A stretch of DNA of 44,026 bases, counting the filler, from Jimgerdemannia flammicorona (Eukaryota), in NCBI GenBank assembly GCA_003990765.1. It is 2 parts of 2 records of this genome, joined end to end, with 100 filler letters (N's around TTAATTAATTAA, not from the genome) between each part and the next. Parts side by side here need not be neighbours in the genome. Positions count along the whole stretch, not along the records: positions 22,071 to 44,026 come from RBNJ01001357.1; 1 more part is not named here. One strand, 5' to 3'. Shown piece by piece: positions 23,805 through 36,144 of this stretch. Within the stretch, counting starts at the first letter, position 1, and each line of letters opens with the position of its first letter. The position numbers and the translations under genes are program-made. Below the pieces are notes generated by a model, which was given only the letters and a program-made list of their open reading frames with translations, did no database searches and had not been told where the DNA came from.

Positions 23805-26800
23805 ATGATGAAGAACAATCTACGTATTTTGTCGATCAATGTCAATGGATTGCGGGACAGTGTTAAATGACGGCGGCTGTTCAGATGGCTTAAAGTCAGG
23901 AGGTATGATGTGGTGTTTCTTCAGGATATTAGGGCTTATGGCGAGTCAGATTATGAGATGTAGAGTAAAGAATGATATGGTGGAGCTGGCTGGAATAAGC
24001 AGGTGGGCATCTTGGTTGGCATGGGCAAAGGCGAACTGGTGGAGGTTGAGATCTATGGAGACAGACTGATTTGGGGAAGGATTACAGGAGGGGCAGGTGA
24101 TGGGTTGATGGTTGGCTCGGTTTACCTCCCTGCAGTTGGCAGAGAGCGAAAGCAATGGGTTGAAGAATGGCAGGCATGGGATGGGCAGGAGGAGGTTGCT
24201 TTGGACATTCTGGGGGGGGACTTCAACATGGTGCGTGATTGAACACTAGATAGGTCTGATGGTGGGGCAGGAGTCGTGGTCTCTTCTGGACTTTCGCAAT
24301 GGCTTCAGGTGGAGCATGACATGGGTTTGGTGGATGGTGTTCGTCAATGTCAGGGGGACAAGCTAGGACCTTTCACTCAGTGGCATCCAGTTGGAACAGC
24401 ATTGGTTGGGACACGAATTGATTGGGTGCTAGTGGCAGAGTGTTGGGGCAATGTACTGGATACTGCCGAGGTGCGCTGGTGTCCATGGTCTGATCATTGG
24501 GGTGTGGAGGTTTGCGGTAGATTTCAAGCAACAGGCAGTGGTGGAGGGCGCTGGTGCCTCAATGTGGCCCTACTCAAGAGGAAGACGGTGAGAGATAATT
24601 TCGTGGCAGTGGTGAGACAGGAAGTTGTGCGATGGCGCAATGAAGGACAGTTAATAGCAGAATGGTGGGGTAAATTCAAACATCTGGCTGGGGCCTACTG
24701 GCAGGATGTCAGAGAAGTGGCTGGGAAGGAACAGAAGGACAAGGAGAGAAGAGTAGAGAAGGGGCTGCGATGGCGGTTGAAGCTTTTGGAAAAGGGGGAC
24801 CTGCCTGGAGAGGTGAGCCGCTGATTGGCATTGGAGGTGGCAGAGCTACAGGCGGATTTAAGGGTGTCTGAGACCAGGGTAGTAGATGGCCTGCTGGCCA
24901 GGCTGTGGTCCAGGCAGCTAGAGGAAGGAGAGAGGCCGACAAGATATCTGTCTGGAGTTTTGAAGGCTAGGAGGGTGCAACACAGTTGGGCCTCAGTTTT
25001 GCGAGAAGATGGAGTAAAGGTCTCAGGGATTGCAGACATGTTAGGGGAGGTATCTGGTCAATGGCAAGCTCTTTGGCAGGATAGCGGGGAGCACGCTGAG
25101 GATACAGGGTTTGGAGAGGAGGATAACAATATGGTGACCAATTGGCCAGTGACTGTGATACCTGGGATAGGAGAGGCGGTCATGGGAGAGGTATCTCTAG
25201 ATGAAGTATCGGAAGCGCTGAGGAAGACACAGACTGGTTCATCTCCAGGGGAGGATGGGCTGCCCTGGGAATTCTGGAAGGAGTTTAAGTCGGAGTTTGG
25301 TGACTGGTTGGTGGAGATGGCCAATGCAGTTCTGAAGGAGGGCAGCTGGATTGGAAATGGTTCCTTGGGGCTAGTCTCTCTTCTATATAAGGAAAAGGGT
25401 GATCGACGGGTGTGGCGTAACTGGCGACCTGTCATGCTGCTGAATGTAGATAGAAAGCTAGTTTCGAAGATTCTGGCAGAGAGGATGCAGCAGTATATTG
25501 GTGTGCTGGTTGGAGAAGAGCAGCGAGGCTTTGTCAAGGGGAGGCAGATTAGAGATAGTACTGCTTGGGTGCAGAATGTCTTAGAGGGCTGTAGGAGCTG
25601 GCAGGTAGATGGCCAGATGGTCTTTCTGGATCAAGAGAAGGCCTATGACAGAGTGCGGTGGAGTTATTTGGAGGTGGTTCTGAGGAGGGCAGGGTTTGGT
25701 GCAGTAGAGGCAGGGTGACTGATGGGCCTGGTAAGGAGATGCCGAGCAGCGGTAATGATGAATGGATGGTGTGGACCAGAGTTTGCCTTGGGGCGAGGGG
25801 TACCGCAAGGGGATCCCTTCTCTCCTCTTCTTTATGTACTTTCTCTGAAGCCTCTGCTGGTGTGGCTGAAGGGGCAGCTCTCTGGTCTGCAGATGGGAGA
25901 TGTGGTCTGGCGGTTGGGTGCCTTTGTGGATGACATGGTGGTAGGGCTGGGTAGCCAGGAGGATGCCGAAGTCCTACAAGAAGGGGTCGGGCAGTATGAG
26001 AGGCTGGCAGGAGCAAAGTTGAACTGGTGCAAGTGTGAGACTATGGAACTTGGTGCTGGCCTGGGGGGACATGGACAATTTGGACAATTGGTAGCTATAG
26101 GGAGTACTGTTCATTATTTGGGTATCTGGTTTTCGGTGTATGGGACAGTCCTACCAAGGGAGTGGTGGTGTGGATTGGTTCAGAAGCTGGAAGGTGTGCT
26201 GACAGGATGGTCAGGAAGGAGCTTTTCATTGCTTGGCAGGATTGTGGTCTTGAATGTATATTGGCTGCCCAAGCTGTGGTATCTGGGTTATTATCTAGAT
26301 TTTCCAGGGTGGGTGGTGCAGCAGCTGAAGAAGATTGTAGAAGAGTGGTTGTGGCAGGGGAGGCGCCCACAGATTGGGTGGGAGACTTTGGTGATGAGGG
26401 TTTCTGATGGAGGCCTGGGGTTGGTGGATTTCAAGCGGTGACTGAAGGTACTTTGGGGCTGGTGGGGGTGCCGACTGAGGGAACTAGGTGAGGAAGGTTG
26501 GGGCAGGCTGGCTATGGACAATTGGGAGGTCAGGTTCTGCCCTCGTGGTGAGGTTTGGAAGGATATGCGGGGTTTGCTGCAGGTTGGAAATGTGGGTAGG
26601 CTGCGGTTTAAGGGGTTCTGGTGGGGCATTGTAGAGGTCTGGCTGGCCATGGGGTTGACAGGCCCAGAGATAGAGGTGGATGAGAACCCTGAGCAGCGAT
26701 GGTGGTGGCTGGGAGACATTCACGTAGGTGGCCACAGTCTGAAGGAGTACTCTCTGATTGAGGCAATAGAGTGGATTAGGTCTGGCCCTCTGGAGAGATG

Positions 26801-27437
26801 GCCGCCTGGTTGGCAGAGAGCTGGTATTGGTGAAGACTGGGAGTGGGGTCAAATTTGGAATTGGGGCGACTCCATCCACAAGATGATACCACTCAAGTAT
26901 TGGGTAGTTTGGTGGCGATTCCTGAGACATAATGTGATGCTGAGCTACCGGACGGGCTGGATGGAGATTGATGGCTGCCAGGACTGTGAGTGGTGCAATG
27001 AGGTGGATGGCAGGGTTGTTCAGACACCTGAACATGTCCTGGGGGCTTGCCCAGGCGTAGAAGGGTTTTGGCAGAGCTTGGAGGGGTACTGGGACCCAGC
27101 GGGGCATAGGGCAGAGGATCCGACCAGTCTGGTGGTCAAGCGCTGGCTGATAGGGGAGATTGGTGACATATGGGGGGGCCTTGGTCGAGTATTGGGGGTC
27201 TGGGTCTTGATGGCAGTACATTGGTGGTGGATTTTCGAACAGGACCCATGGATGGGGATTGGAGAGATGGTAGAGTGGTGGAGGTGGCTTCTCTAGGAGG
27301 TGGTTCAGGGGTGGTGGTATCAGGGGAAGCAACTTTGACCTGGGGCACTAAAGAAGGTACAGGACATTGTCCAGCAGAGCCGAGGGTACCTAGTGCTAGA
27401 TGATCGTGGGGTGAGATGGAAGGAAGGAGTTGGCTGA
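23805..27437 (+). pseudogene. LINE ORF2 (APE endonuclease, RT, C-terminal CCHC), about 1210 codons in one frame with premature stops only
   Basis: SINVNGL, FLQD, GGDFN, RIDW, SDH; SPGEDG, NWRPVMLLNVD, DQEKAYD, GVPQGDPFSP, AFVDD, YLGI; CEWC...EHVLGAC. Confidence 0.95.
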
Positions 27438-27540
27438 AGTATGCTACTTATGTATATTATGTGGTGTTAGTAGTGTATTGGGGTTTGTGGTTATTGTATT
27501 AGATAGTTCGTAATAAAGGAGTCCATGTGACTATAAAAAA

Positions 27541-28293
27541 GGCAGTATGCCATCGGAACACACACCTCCCCAACTATCAATCCAACCTTCAGCGCTTCCT
27601 CCAAAGACTCAGCCTCCTCAAAGCCCACCTCCACTCCCTCCAGTTTCTTCAAAAACTTTACAGACGCTGCTCCAGCCACCTGCTTAGCAATCAGCCCCAG
27701 TACTATTTTTGCCATCACTGCTAGGCCCTGGAAGCACAGTGTCACCATGAATACCAAGATCGATTTCTTGAGTAACAGCGCCACCACCAGGCCTGTTACA
27801 CCATCTGCCAAATCTCCTTGTCTTCCAAGCCCCAGTCACTCAGCCTTGCCATTCATAGTCACATCTGGATTTTTTTCCAGATTAGCAGTCCCTTCTCCAT
27901 CAGCCATCACACCCCCCCCAGCCACTACACCCCCAGCCCCACCACCTCTCCTGCTAAGGGCTACTCCCCCCTGTACTGCCACCTTCTCTGTTTCCTTGCC
28001 CTTTCTCAGCCAACTCTCCAGCCCCAATGTCTACCTTCTCCCCTTCACTGTCTCCACAAAGCTTGCCCTCCCAGATCCCTGTCCTCCACTACTGCCTCCT
28101 CCCCTTCCACGTCCACCTGCCAGCAGCCCCCTCATACCTCCCCCCAGGCCAGGGCCTCTCCCCACCTGCTGCCAGTTGAACATGCTCAGGCCACCCTACC
28201 CAGTACATATCTCAGATTGCCTGTCAGTTGCCATGTTGCTAGTCTCTTTTCTCCAAAAACAATGTTGTAGTTGCTTTACAAAGGTTGTGTAAC
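27541..28293 (-). mobile_element. 5' fragment (ORF1 start) of a related LINE, interrupted by the + strand LINE
   Basis: QVAGAASVKFL..VEVGFEE..LEEALKVGL..VPMAYCL aligns by eye with ORF1 at 22161. Begins GTTACAC on the minus strand. Confidence 0.8.
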
Positions 28294-29899
28294 CTGAGTG
28301 ATACCAGAGAGAGATGCTCAGACTTCATTCCACCCCTTCTCTGGTACATCCACCAGCTCATCCTCACTAACTGCTACCACCTGTCTCTCTTTTGCCAAAT
28401 CTGGGACTCCAAAGTAGACCTGCTTGGCACCACACATCTGCACATCCTCTGCTGCCCTGCTCTTTACAGCAGGACCCTACCTGATCAGAGGGAGAGTATC
28501 CTCCACAACAGGTTCCCAGACTTCAAACATATCATCCTCAAATGGGTCCACCCATAGCATCTTCCCAGCCTCCTCCAGAACCCTCTCTACCACTTCTCCT
28601 CTCTTACTGGCCCAGACACTCACCTCTGTACCCCCAGACTTCTCAATACTACCATCATTCTTCTTCACTCTCTCTTCCATACTCACCAACAGCTCTCTCT
28701 GTCTCTTATACCCCTGAGCCCTTTCCCACTGCCTCCTGTTGGTATAGATATGCTTTCCTTCCATAATCTCCAAATGTGTCAACTCTACATATCTCTTCCA
28801 GGCCTTCACCCTCCACTTGACAGCTCCACTCATCTCTTCCAGAGCCTCTAGCAGCTCCTCCTCCTCCTCATCACTCTCTTTCACCCTTGATACCTGACAG
28901 ATGAAAGCCCTCTATAGCATCACTGATGGCCAGTCGCTTGTCTTTCCAGTGGCCTCCTTCCCTGCCAGCCAAATCCTGATGTCAACATCTCCAGTCCTGA
29001 TAGTGGTCTCCTTCTATATCTGGAAATCAATATCCACCACATCACCATACTCTGCCATCACCTCCTCAACCCTCCTCCTTGTCTCAACTGCCATTACTGT
29101 AGACACCCCCTTTACCAGCAGCTGAACCACTCTGGGTCCCATCTAAGACAGTGTACCATAGGAACTACCACTTCTCTGACCACTACTCCAGTCTTCAGAG
29201 CCTCATCCAGTGGGCCTCCTCAAAGCCCACCTCAACCCCCTCCAGACCCTTCAGGAACTTCACCAAAGTGGCCCCAGCCACCTGCTTTGAGATAAGCCCC
29301 AGGACCATCCTCACCATTACTGCCAAGCCCTAGAAGTATAAGGTAGCTACAAACTCCAAGATAGACTTCTTGAGCAATGGTGCCACTACCAGCTCTGTCA
29401 CACCATCTGCCAGATCCCCCTTCTGCATAGGAACCTCTGCCCCACCTTGCCATTAGCCATCACATCTCTTTTTTTTTCCTGATTCTTTGTCACACTTCCA
29501 TCAGCAGTCCCACCTCCAGCCACAGCACCTCCAGCCCCTACACTCATATCCCTCATCTGGAAACTGCTCCCCCTACTGATGCTAGTCTTGTTCTTCCCCT
29601 CAGCAGCACTAGCCCTAGCTCCAACTGGCCATCCACTCCCCTTCACCTTGTCCACAAAGCTAGGGAGGCCAGGCCTTCCCCTACTTCCACCTAATATCAG
29701 TCCTTTACCAGATTCCTCTCCACCCTTCAACCCTCCAAAGGCTCCCATCCCCAGTCCAAAACCTCTCCCCACATTCTGCCAGCTGAATGCCCCAGGTCCA
29801 CCTGACCTAGTATATCTATCAGAACTCTTGCTCGATGACATTTTTATAGTACCTTTTCTCCAAGTTGTATTGAAAAATGTTGCTTGAAGTTGGTGTAAC
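28294..29899 (-). mobile_element. Second 5' LINE fragment (decayed ORF1)
   Basis: Homologous to 27541-28293 and to ORF1 (EEEEELLEALEE...RVKAWKRY). Also begins GTTACAC. Confidence 0.8.
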
Positions 29900-31969
29900 A
29901 TGAATTGTACAGTAGAAAGGTCCCATGCAATGTGTTACCAAATATATTTATAAAAACAATATACAAATTATGGGTCCCATCAACCATCAACAACTTACCT
30001 CAAAGAGAACTAGCCAAACCTCTGTAAAAAGCCTCATTAATCAATACCAACTTTCTATTGCACCCTTCTATCTCCCAATATCAACTGGCCTTGACTCTCT
30101 AAAATAATATTCTATATCTTCTTTACTGTCCCCAGCTCCCACTACCTCTCCTGGGACTTCTACTCTTGTACTATCTCTCTTATAAACCAGTACTATTACT
30201 TTACCAATTCTCCAATCCCCATCCAATATTCACTCTTGAAGACCCATCACCAGCCATCAGGACCCACACTCCTATAATCTATCCAACATTTCCCCAGATA
30301 TCACCAATATCTCCCACCAACCTCCTCTGAATCACTATACTGACAGAGTCCTCAGACCTTCTACCCCCAGTGCTCCAGTACTCCTCCAAGGTCTGCTAAT
30401 AATCTTCTACCCCAGGACAGGTCACCAAGATATGCTCCAGAGTCTAAACTACCTCCCCAGAGGATTCAGTATACTATTTGCAATCCTAACATCCATCTAT
30501 CTCCATCCAACCTGTCTGATAGTTTAACATCACATTTCTCCTCAAGAACTACCACTACACTATCTAATACCTAGGGGGTACCACCTGATATAACTTAGCT
30601 GTCTAACTCCAGACCCAACTCTACTCCCACATCTCTCCAATTCCAGCCATCTACTAACCAACTAGCCACCTCTCCAGTAGTTCTGTCCTAGCCCATTCTA
30701 TAGCCTTGACTAATGAATATTCCTTCAATATCCTACTACCTATCCTGAGCAACTCCAATCTCTACTACTATTACTCAGGGTCAACAATCTCCTCTATCTC
30801 AGACTCTGACAATCTTATGGCTAGCCAAGTCTCCACAATACTCTAATAGAATCCTTTATACCACAACCTACCAACTATTCCAACCCAGAGCAACCCTCTC
30901 ATATCCTTCCACTCCTTGCCCCTAGGGCAGAATCTAACCTCCCAATTGTCTATTACCAATCTGCCCTAGTCTCCCTCTCCTATCTCTACCAGATGGTATC
31001 TCCACCAGCTACTGAGGGTCTTCAGTTGCTGCTGAAAGTCCACCAGCCCCAGGCCCCTATCAGTAATTGATAGCACCAATGACTTCTATCTAATCTGCAG
31101 TCACCTCTCTCATCAAAGCCACTCTTTAACAGTCTTCTTCAGCTGCCACACTACCCACCCAGAAAAGTCCAAGTGATAATCCAGATACTACAACTTTGGA
31201 AGCCAGTATACATTCAAAACCACCACTCTCTCCACCAGGGAGAAGTTATGTTCAGACCAATCTGTCAAAATGTCTTCCTATTTCTTCACTATCCCACACC
31301 ACTACTCTCTTGATAGAACTGTCTCAAACACTATAAACTGGATACCCAAATATCTAACAGTCTCTCCAGTAGATACAATCTGTCCAAACCCACCCTCAGC
31401 CCCTATCCCAGCACCAAGCTCCAAAGTCTCACACTTTTTCCAATTCAACTTTGCTCCCATTAGCCCCTTATACTATTCTATTCCTTCTTGCAAAATTTCT
31501 ACATCCTCAATACTATCTAACTCCATTACTATATCATCTGCAAAGGCCCCTAGCTTCCACACTACCTCTCCCATCCAAAGTCCAGTCAGCTGTCCCCTCA
31601 GCCAGGCCAACACTAGCTCCAAGGAGAGAATATAAAGGAGAGAGGAGAGGGGGTCCCCCTGCAGAACTTCTCTATTCAAGGAAAACTCTGAACCAAACCA
31701 GCTATTCACCAGAACTGCCTCTCTACAGCTATACATCAGTTCCATAAGTCTTTCAACCTCTTCAATACCAAATCCCATCTTGTACAATACAGCCTTCAGA
31801 TAATATCATCTCATCCTATTATATATCTTTTCTTAATCTAAGAAGATCATCCTCCCATCTACTCTGCAACTTCTACAGCCCTCCAAAACATTCTACACCC
31901 AAGCTGTGCTGTCCCTGATCTGTCATCCCTTCACAAAGCTCCACTACTCCTTCTCTACCAGTCTGTCAA
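29900..31969 (-). mobile_element. Decayed 3' half of LINE ORF2 (RT to C-terminus)
   Basis: FVKG.QIRDSTAWV, LQGDPLSSLLY, GAFADD, LNVYWLPKL. Colinear with 25500-27437. Confidence 0.9.
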
Positions 31970-32499
31970 CTTGGCAGGCTGGTAGGAGAGGAGTAGTGGA
32001 GGAGTGGAGGAAGAGGGCCCAGTGGGAGCCAGGGGAGTGAACCCAGAGTCAGTGTCAAAGTGAACAAAAGACATGTGAAAGAGTGTGTATAAGGGGAACA
32101 AACAAAGAACATAACCAAAAATATATCAGTTGTTTATTGCCATGTAAAAATGCAGTCCTTATATATAAAATATGATATCCCAAAAGGGAGGATACACTAC
32201 AACTTGGGGTGAACTGAATTAGGAACCACATGATTGCCAGAGATAAGTGGAGATAAAGGGAGAGTCAATCTCAGTTACAGAAAAAAAATCACCAACAAAT
32301 ACAAACAAAACAAATTCAAATTGAAATTAAAAAACATCTGCAGACCCCAGAGGGGTGAGCATGAGTGAGGGGTGAGGCTGAAATGGAGTGAGCCACAGCA
32401 AGCCTGAGTGAAGTGAGGGGCCAAAGGCAGCAGAGGGGAGCAGAGTAAGGCTGAGACCCTGGAGTGAGTACAAGATCCTGGAGGGGGCAAGAATGTTTT

Positions 32500-34552
32500 T
32501 TAATCCTCTCCAGCAGAGCTGGAGGCATCAGAAGGTAATGAAAACACAAAACAAGAGTGATGGATTAAAGAAGAAACAAAAGGAAGATGTGAATGAGCAA
32601 TTAGAGGGTGTTGAGAAAGAGATGAAAGTCTAAGGTATAAAAGAGAAGAGTACAGGACAGTGTCAGGGCATTGAGTGACCCAGCGAGCATGATCAAATGG
32701 TATGACAAGAATTGGCAGTGGGAATGAAGAGGGGGTATGGAGAGGTAAGGGGAGAGAGAGGAAAGGAAAGGGGGGTAAAGGGGAGAGAGGAGGGAAGAGT
32801 GAACAACAGACCATTCAACAGAAGCAAGCAGATCATGAATGATAGAAATAGGGTAGACATAACAATGGATCATGAAGTTGCCAAGAACCCAAACAGCAGA
32901 CATCCAGTGAGAATGATGGGAGCAGCAAAGTGCAAGATGACAAATCTCACTACAAATGCATTCAAGAAGAGTGCAATAAGGATGATCGGAAAGGAAGTCA
33001 GAGAACTATTGTGAATGGGGAAATTGAGAATAGACAACAGTCCAGAAGGGGGAAAGAGAAATAGAAAGGTCTAAAAAGAGAATACTAGTTGTACAACAAA
33101 TCCAAGTAATAGAATGATAGGGAGAGTAGACACCATAGAACACACCAGGAATATCAACACCAGCAATAGCAAGAATAATGAAGTCATCAATGTATTGGCA
33201 AAAGAAGATATCCCCAGCCTAGAACATGATGGAAAGAGATGAAGAAGGATTACATATTGCACAAAGTTCATGGGTCAGGCTGACAAGGTTGGCAAGAGTG
33301 GGGGCACAATTCATTCCCATAACAATACCAGAAGTCTGGTGAAAAGAGCTGAGGGCTGACTTGAAGTAGTTGGAGCCATAAACAAGGAGCATAAGCTCAA
33401 CAATGGAAGCCAACAAAACTAGAGAATCTAAAGAAAAAACAATGGAACCCAGGAAGTGAAGACAATTATCAATCTCATCAAAATAAATAGCAGTGTAGAA
33501 GGAGGAGAAGTCACTAGAGGCCAAATGGGAAAATGGTGAACAGGCACAATGGTGGAGCAGAGAAGGGTGAGCTCCTGAGTATTATGAAGAATTGTGTACT
33601 CAGGCCCAAGATGGTGTTGTAGAAGAGCCATCTAAGAGAGGAAGAAGCAGGATAACCACTTCGAAATCTCAGTAGTAGGAGAGCAAAAAGCAGCCATAAT
33701 GGGATGCCAAGCCAGAGTAGGCTTGTGGACTTTAGGAAGAGCATAGAAAACCAGGAGATGAATGTCCAGCAAGAACAAAGAGTCCTGGAAGAAGTTAAAA
33801 ATGGGTTTCACAAAAGGAGAATCTGAAAGTAATCTGGTATAAGCTAGGGAAACCCAAAGGAGAGTGAGAACCTCATCCAATCCAAGAGCACTAGGCTCAT
33901 AAGCTGTGGCTCAAAGGAGGGCAGAAAGGCCATCAAGGTAGAGCAACTTAGGAATAAGTACAAAGCCTTGATTCTTATCAGTAACTGTGAGCAAATACAA
34001 AGGCAATTGCTTGACTGATTTAAGTGCAGTATGTATGGCATGGTCTGAAACCAAGCAAGAGTGAGCATGTCCAGGAATGGACAGTGAGCAAGCCATATCA
34101 AGAATTACACAGTGTGAAGAGACATTGGGAGGGGGGACCCAATTGCTAGGAATATAATAGTGAGAGAGTATCTCACCATGATCCTCAAAGAAGATGGCAA
34201 GGTCAAGAGCACAATGAAAATGTATAAGACGAGCTGGATCAGTGAAGGAGAATTGTGAGAGAGTTACAGGAAAAACAAAGTGAGGATCCAAGGATAAGGC
34301 AAAGACTTGAAGGGGAGAAAGAGAGCAGTTAGCCGAAGAGAAAGGAGGAGACAAAAGCATTCCAAGAGAAGAATAAACCTGAAAATTCGGGATAAGCAAC
34401 TGAGAAAGATGAAGGGGGGACAGTATGAGGAACCACTCAGGGTACACCAGAAGTGATGATGGAATCTAAGAAGAGACAGAGACACCAGGGAAGAACCATA
34501 CCAGGGGGAAGTTTAAGAGTGGGAGGCCTTCCCCTTCCCTCTGACTTTTTTT
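32500..34552 (-). pseudogene. Penelope-type reverse transcriptase, copy 1
   Basis: LSLDPHF, SNWVPP, TDKNQG, FYALPKVHK..WHPI..SPTTEISKWL, DFSSFYT, NYF..QTSGIVMG..APTLANL, YIDD, thumb region, LVIPF. No GIY-YIG motif seen. Confidence 0.88.
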
Positions 34553-35726
34553 GAAGGTGGCAAACCCAATGAGCAGGAGCACACTCCATCAGAGTGCCAG
34601 ACCTTGCAGCCACAGGCTTTTGTGCAGCCTTTACATTCAGAGACATGGGTAGAGGAGACAGAGGAGGAGCCAGTGGAAGAGACAGAGGGGGAGCGAGCAG
34701 CTGAAGGGACAGCAGTACAAGGAACACTACCATGGGAGCAGACAGACTAGTCAGGTACCAGTAGGTATGGTGGAGGCAACCAGAGCAAACAGCATATGGC
34801 CAGGCCCTGACAGGGTGAGAACTAAGTTGACAGCCATACTTGGGGGCAGGGGGAACAGAGGAGGAGGCCTTGGCAGGGAAGGGAGACTGAGAAGAGGCTG
34901 ATGAAGCCTGGTTGGGCTTGGTGGGGGTCTTGGTGGGGGCTTTGGCAGTGGCAGCAGTGAAGGAATGGACCTTGGTATAGGTGGTGGCATGAGCCTTAGC
35001 ATGGATGGCCTTGGAGACTGAAACCTCAGGGGAGGCAGATAGGGGAGCAGTGGTGGTAGCATGAGCAGTAGTGGCAGCATGTGATTTTTCCTGCTCATGA
35101 AGACAAGTGACAAAAGAGGTGCTAGTAAGGAGGAAGTGACAAACAGTATCAATGTCAGTAATAGCAGAGAGAACATCTTAGATAGCAAAACCACAGAAAG
35201 GGACAGGATCTATGAGGCGGAAAGTGACAAAGACTATGAAAGTGGCACAGGCATGGTAGAAGGAGGCAGAAGTGGTAGCAGCAGAAGTAGCAGCAGCATC
35301 AGTAGCAGCAAGCTTGGTGGCAGTAGTAGTAGTACAAACCTCTTCAGAGAGGGCTTGGTGGTAGGCCTCAGGAAGAATGGAGTAGTGGATGGCAGGCAGA
35401 GTGATAATGTTGACATTATGATAGAGACAAACCTTCTTGGTGGAGAGGGCAAGAACTGACTGGAACTGAGAGAGGAGCAGATGACCAGAAGGATGAAGGT
35501 TTAGAGGGAGAGACAGAATGGTGGATGAGACATAGGTCTCAAATGAGACAGTGGTGGGGATGAAAGCAGAGAGAGGAGGAGGAAGAACCTCATCCATAAT
35601 CTCATTGATAGAGACAGAGACCCCAAGGACAGACAGTATAGCAGTGGAGGAGGAGGGCCCAGTGAGAGCCAGGGGAGTGAACCCAGAGCCAGTATCAAAG
35701 CAAACAGAAGATATATAGAAGAGCAT
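34513..35726 (-). pseudogene. PLE ORF1, copy 1 (Ala/Thr/Ser-rich, Cys/His clusters)
   Basis: Long, largely open frame upstream of RT, conserved in the three copies. Confidence 0.65.
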
Positions 35727-36144
35727 GTATAAGAGGGATGAACAAAGAATATAACCAAAAATGCATCAGCCATTTATTGCTATGTAAAAATGCAGTCCTT
35801 ATATGTATACAAAATATGATGTCCAAAAAGGGAGGATGTGCCACAACTTGGGGCGAACTGAATTAGAAACCACATGACCACTAGAGATAAGCAGAGATAA
35901 ATGGTGAGCCAATTCCAGTTGCAGGATAAAAATTACCAATAAACACAAACAAAATAAATCCAAATTGAGATTAAAAACCATCTGCAGACCTCAGAGGGGT
36001 GAGTATAAGTGAGGGGTGAGGCTGAAACAGAGTGAGCTGCAGTGAGCCCAAGTAAAGCAAGAGGCTGAAGACAGCAGAGGGGAGCAGAGTAAGGCTGAGA
36101 CCCCAGAGTGAGCATGAGACCCCAGAGGGGGTAAGAATGTTTTT

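Larger units (their letters stand above)
22071..27540 (+). mobile_element. Near full-length L1/Tx1-like LINE (5' end lost in the gap)
   Basis: ORF1, ORF2 (APE-RT-CCHC), a short 3' UTR, AATAAA and a short A tail. Confidence 0.95.

Noticed and set aside
32002..32600. Hammerhead ribozyme in the PLE pseudo-LTR
   Set aside because: CTGATG occurs (about 32525-32531 minus strand, 39961 plus strand) but not as CTGANGA-stem-GAAA with closing stems. A covariance-model search on the consensus is needed to exclude a variant.
34511..34517. CTTAAAC as a coronavirus-like slippery site
   Set aside because: It is in the wrong phase relative to ORF1 and overlaps the stop. The A7 heptamer upstream fits instead.
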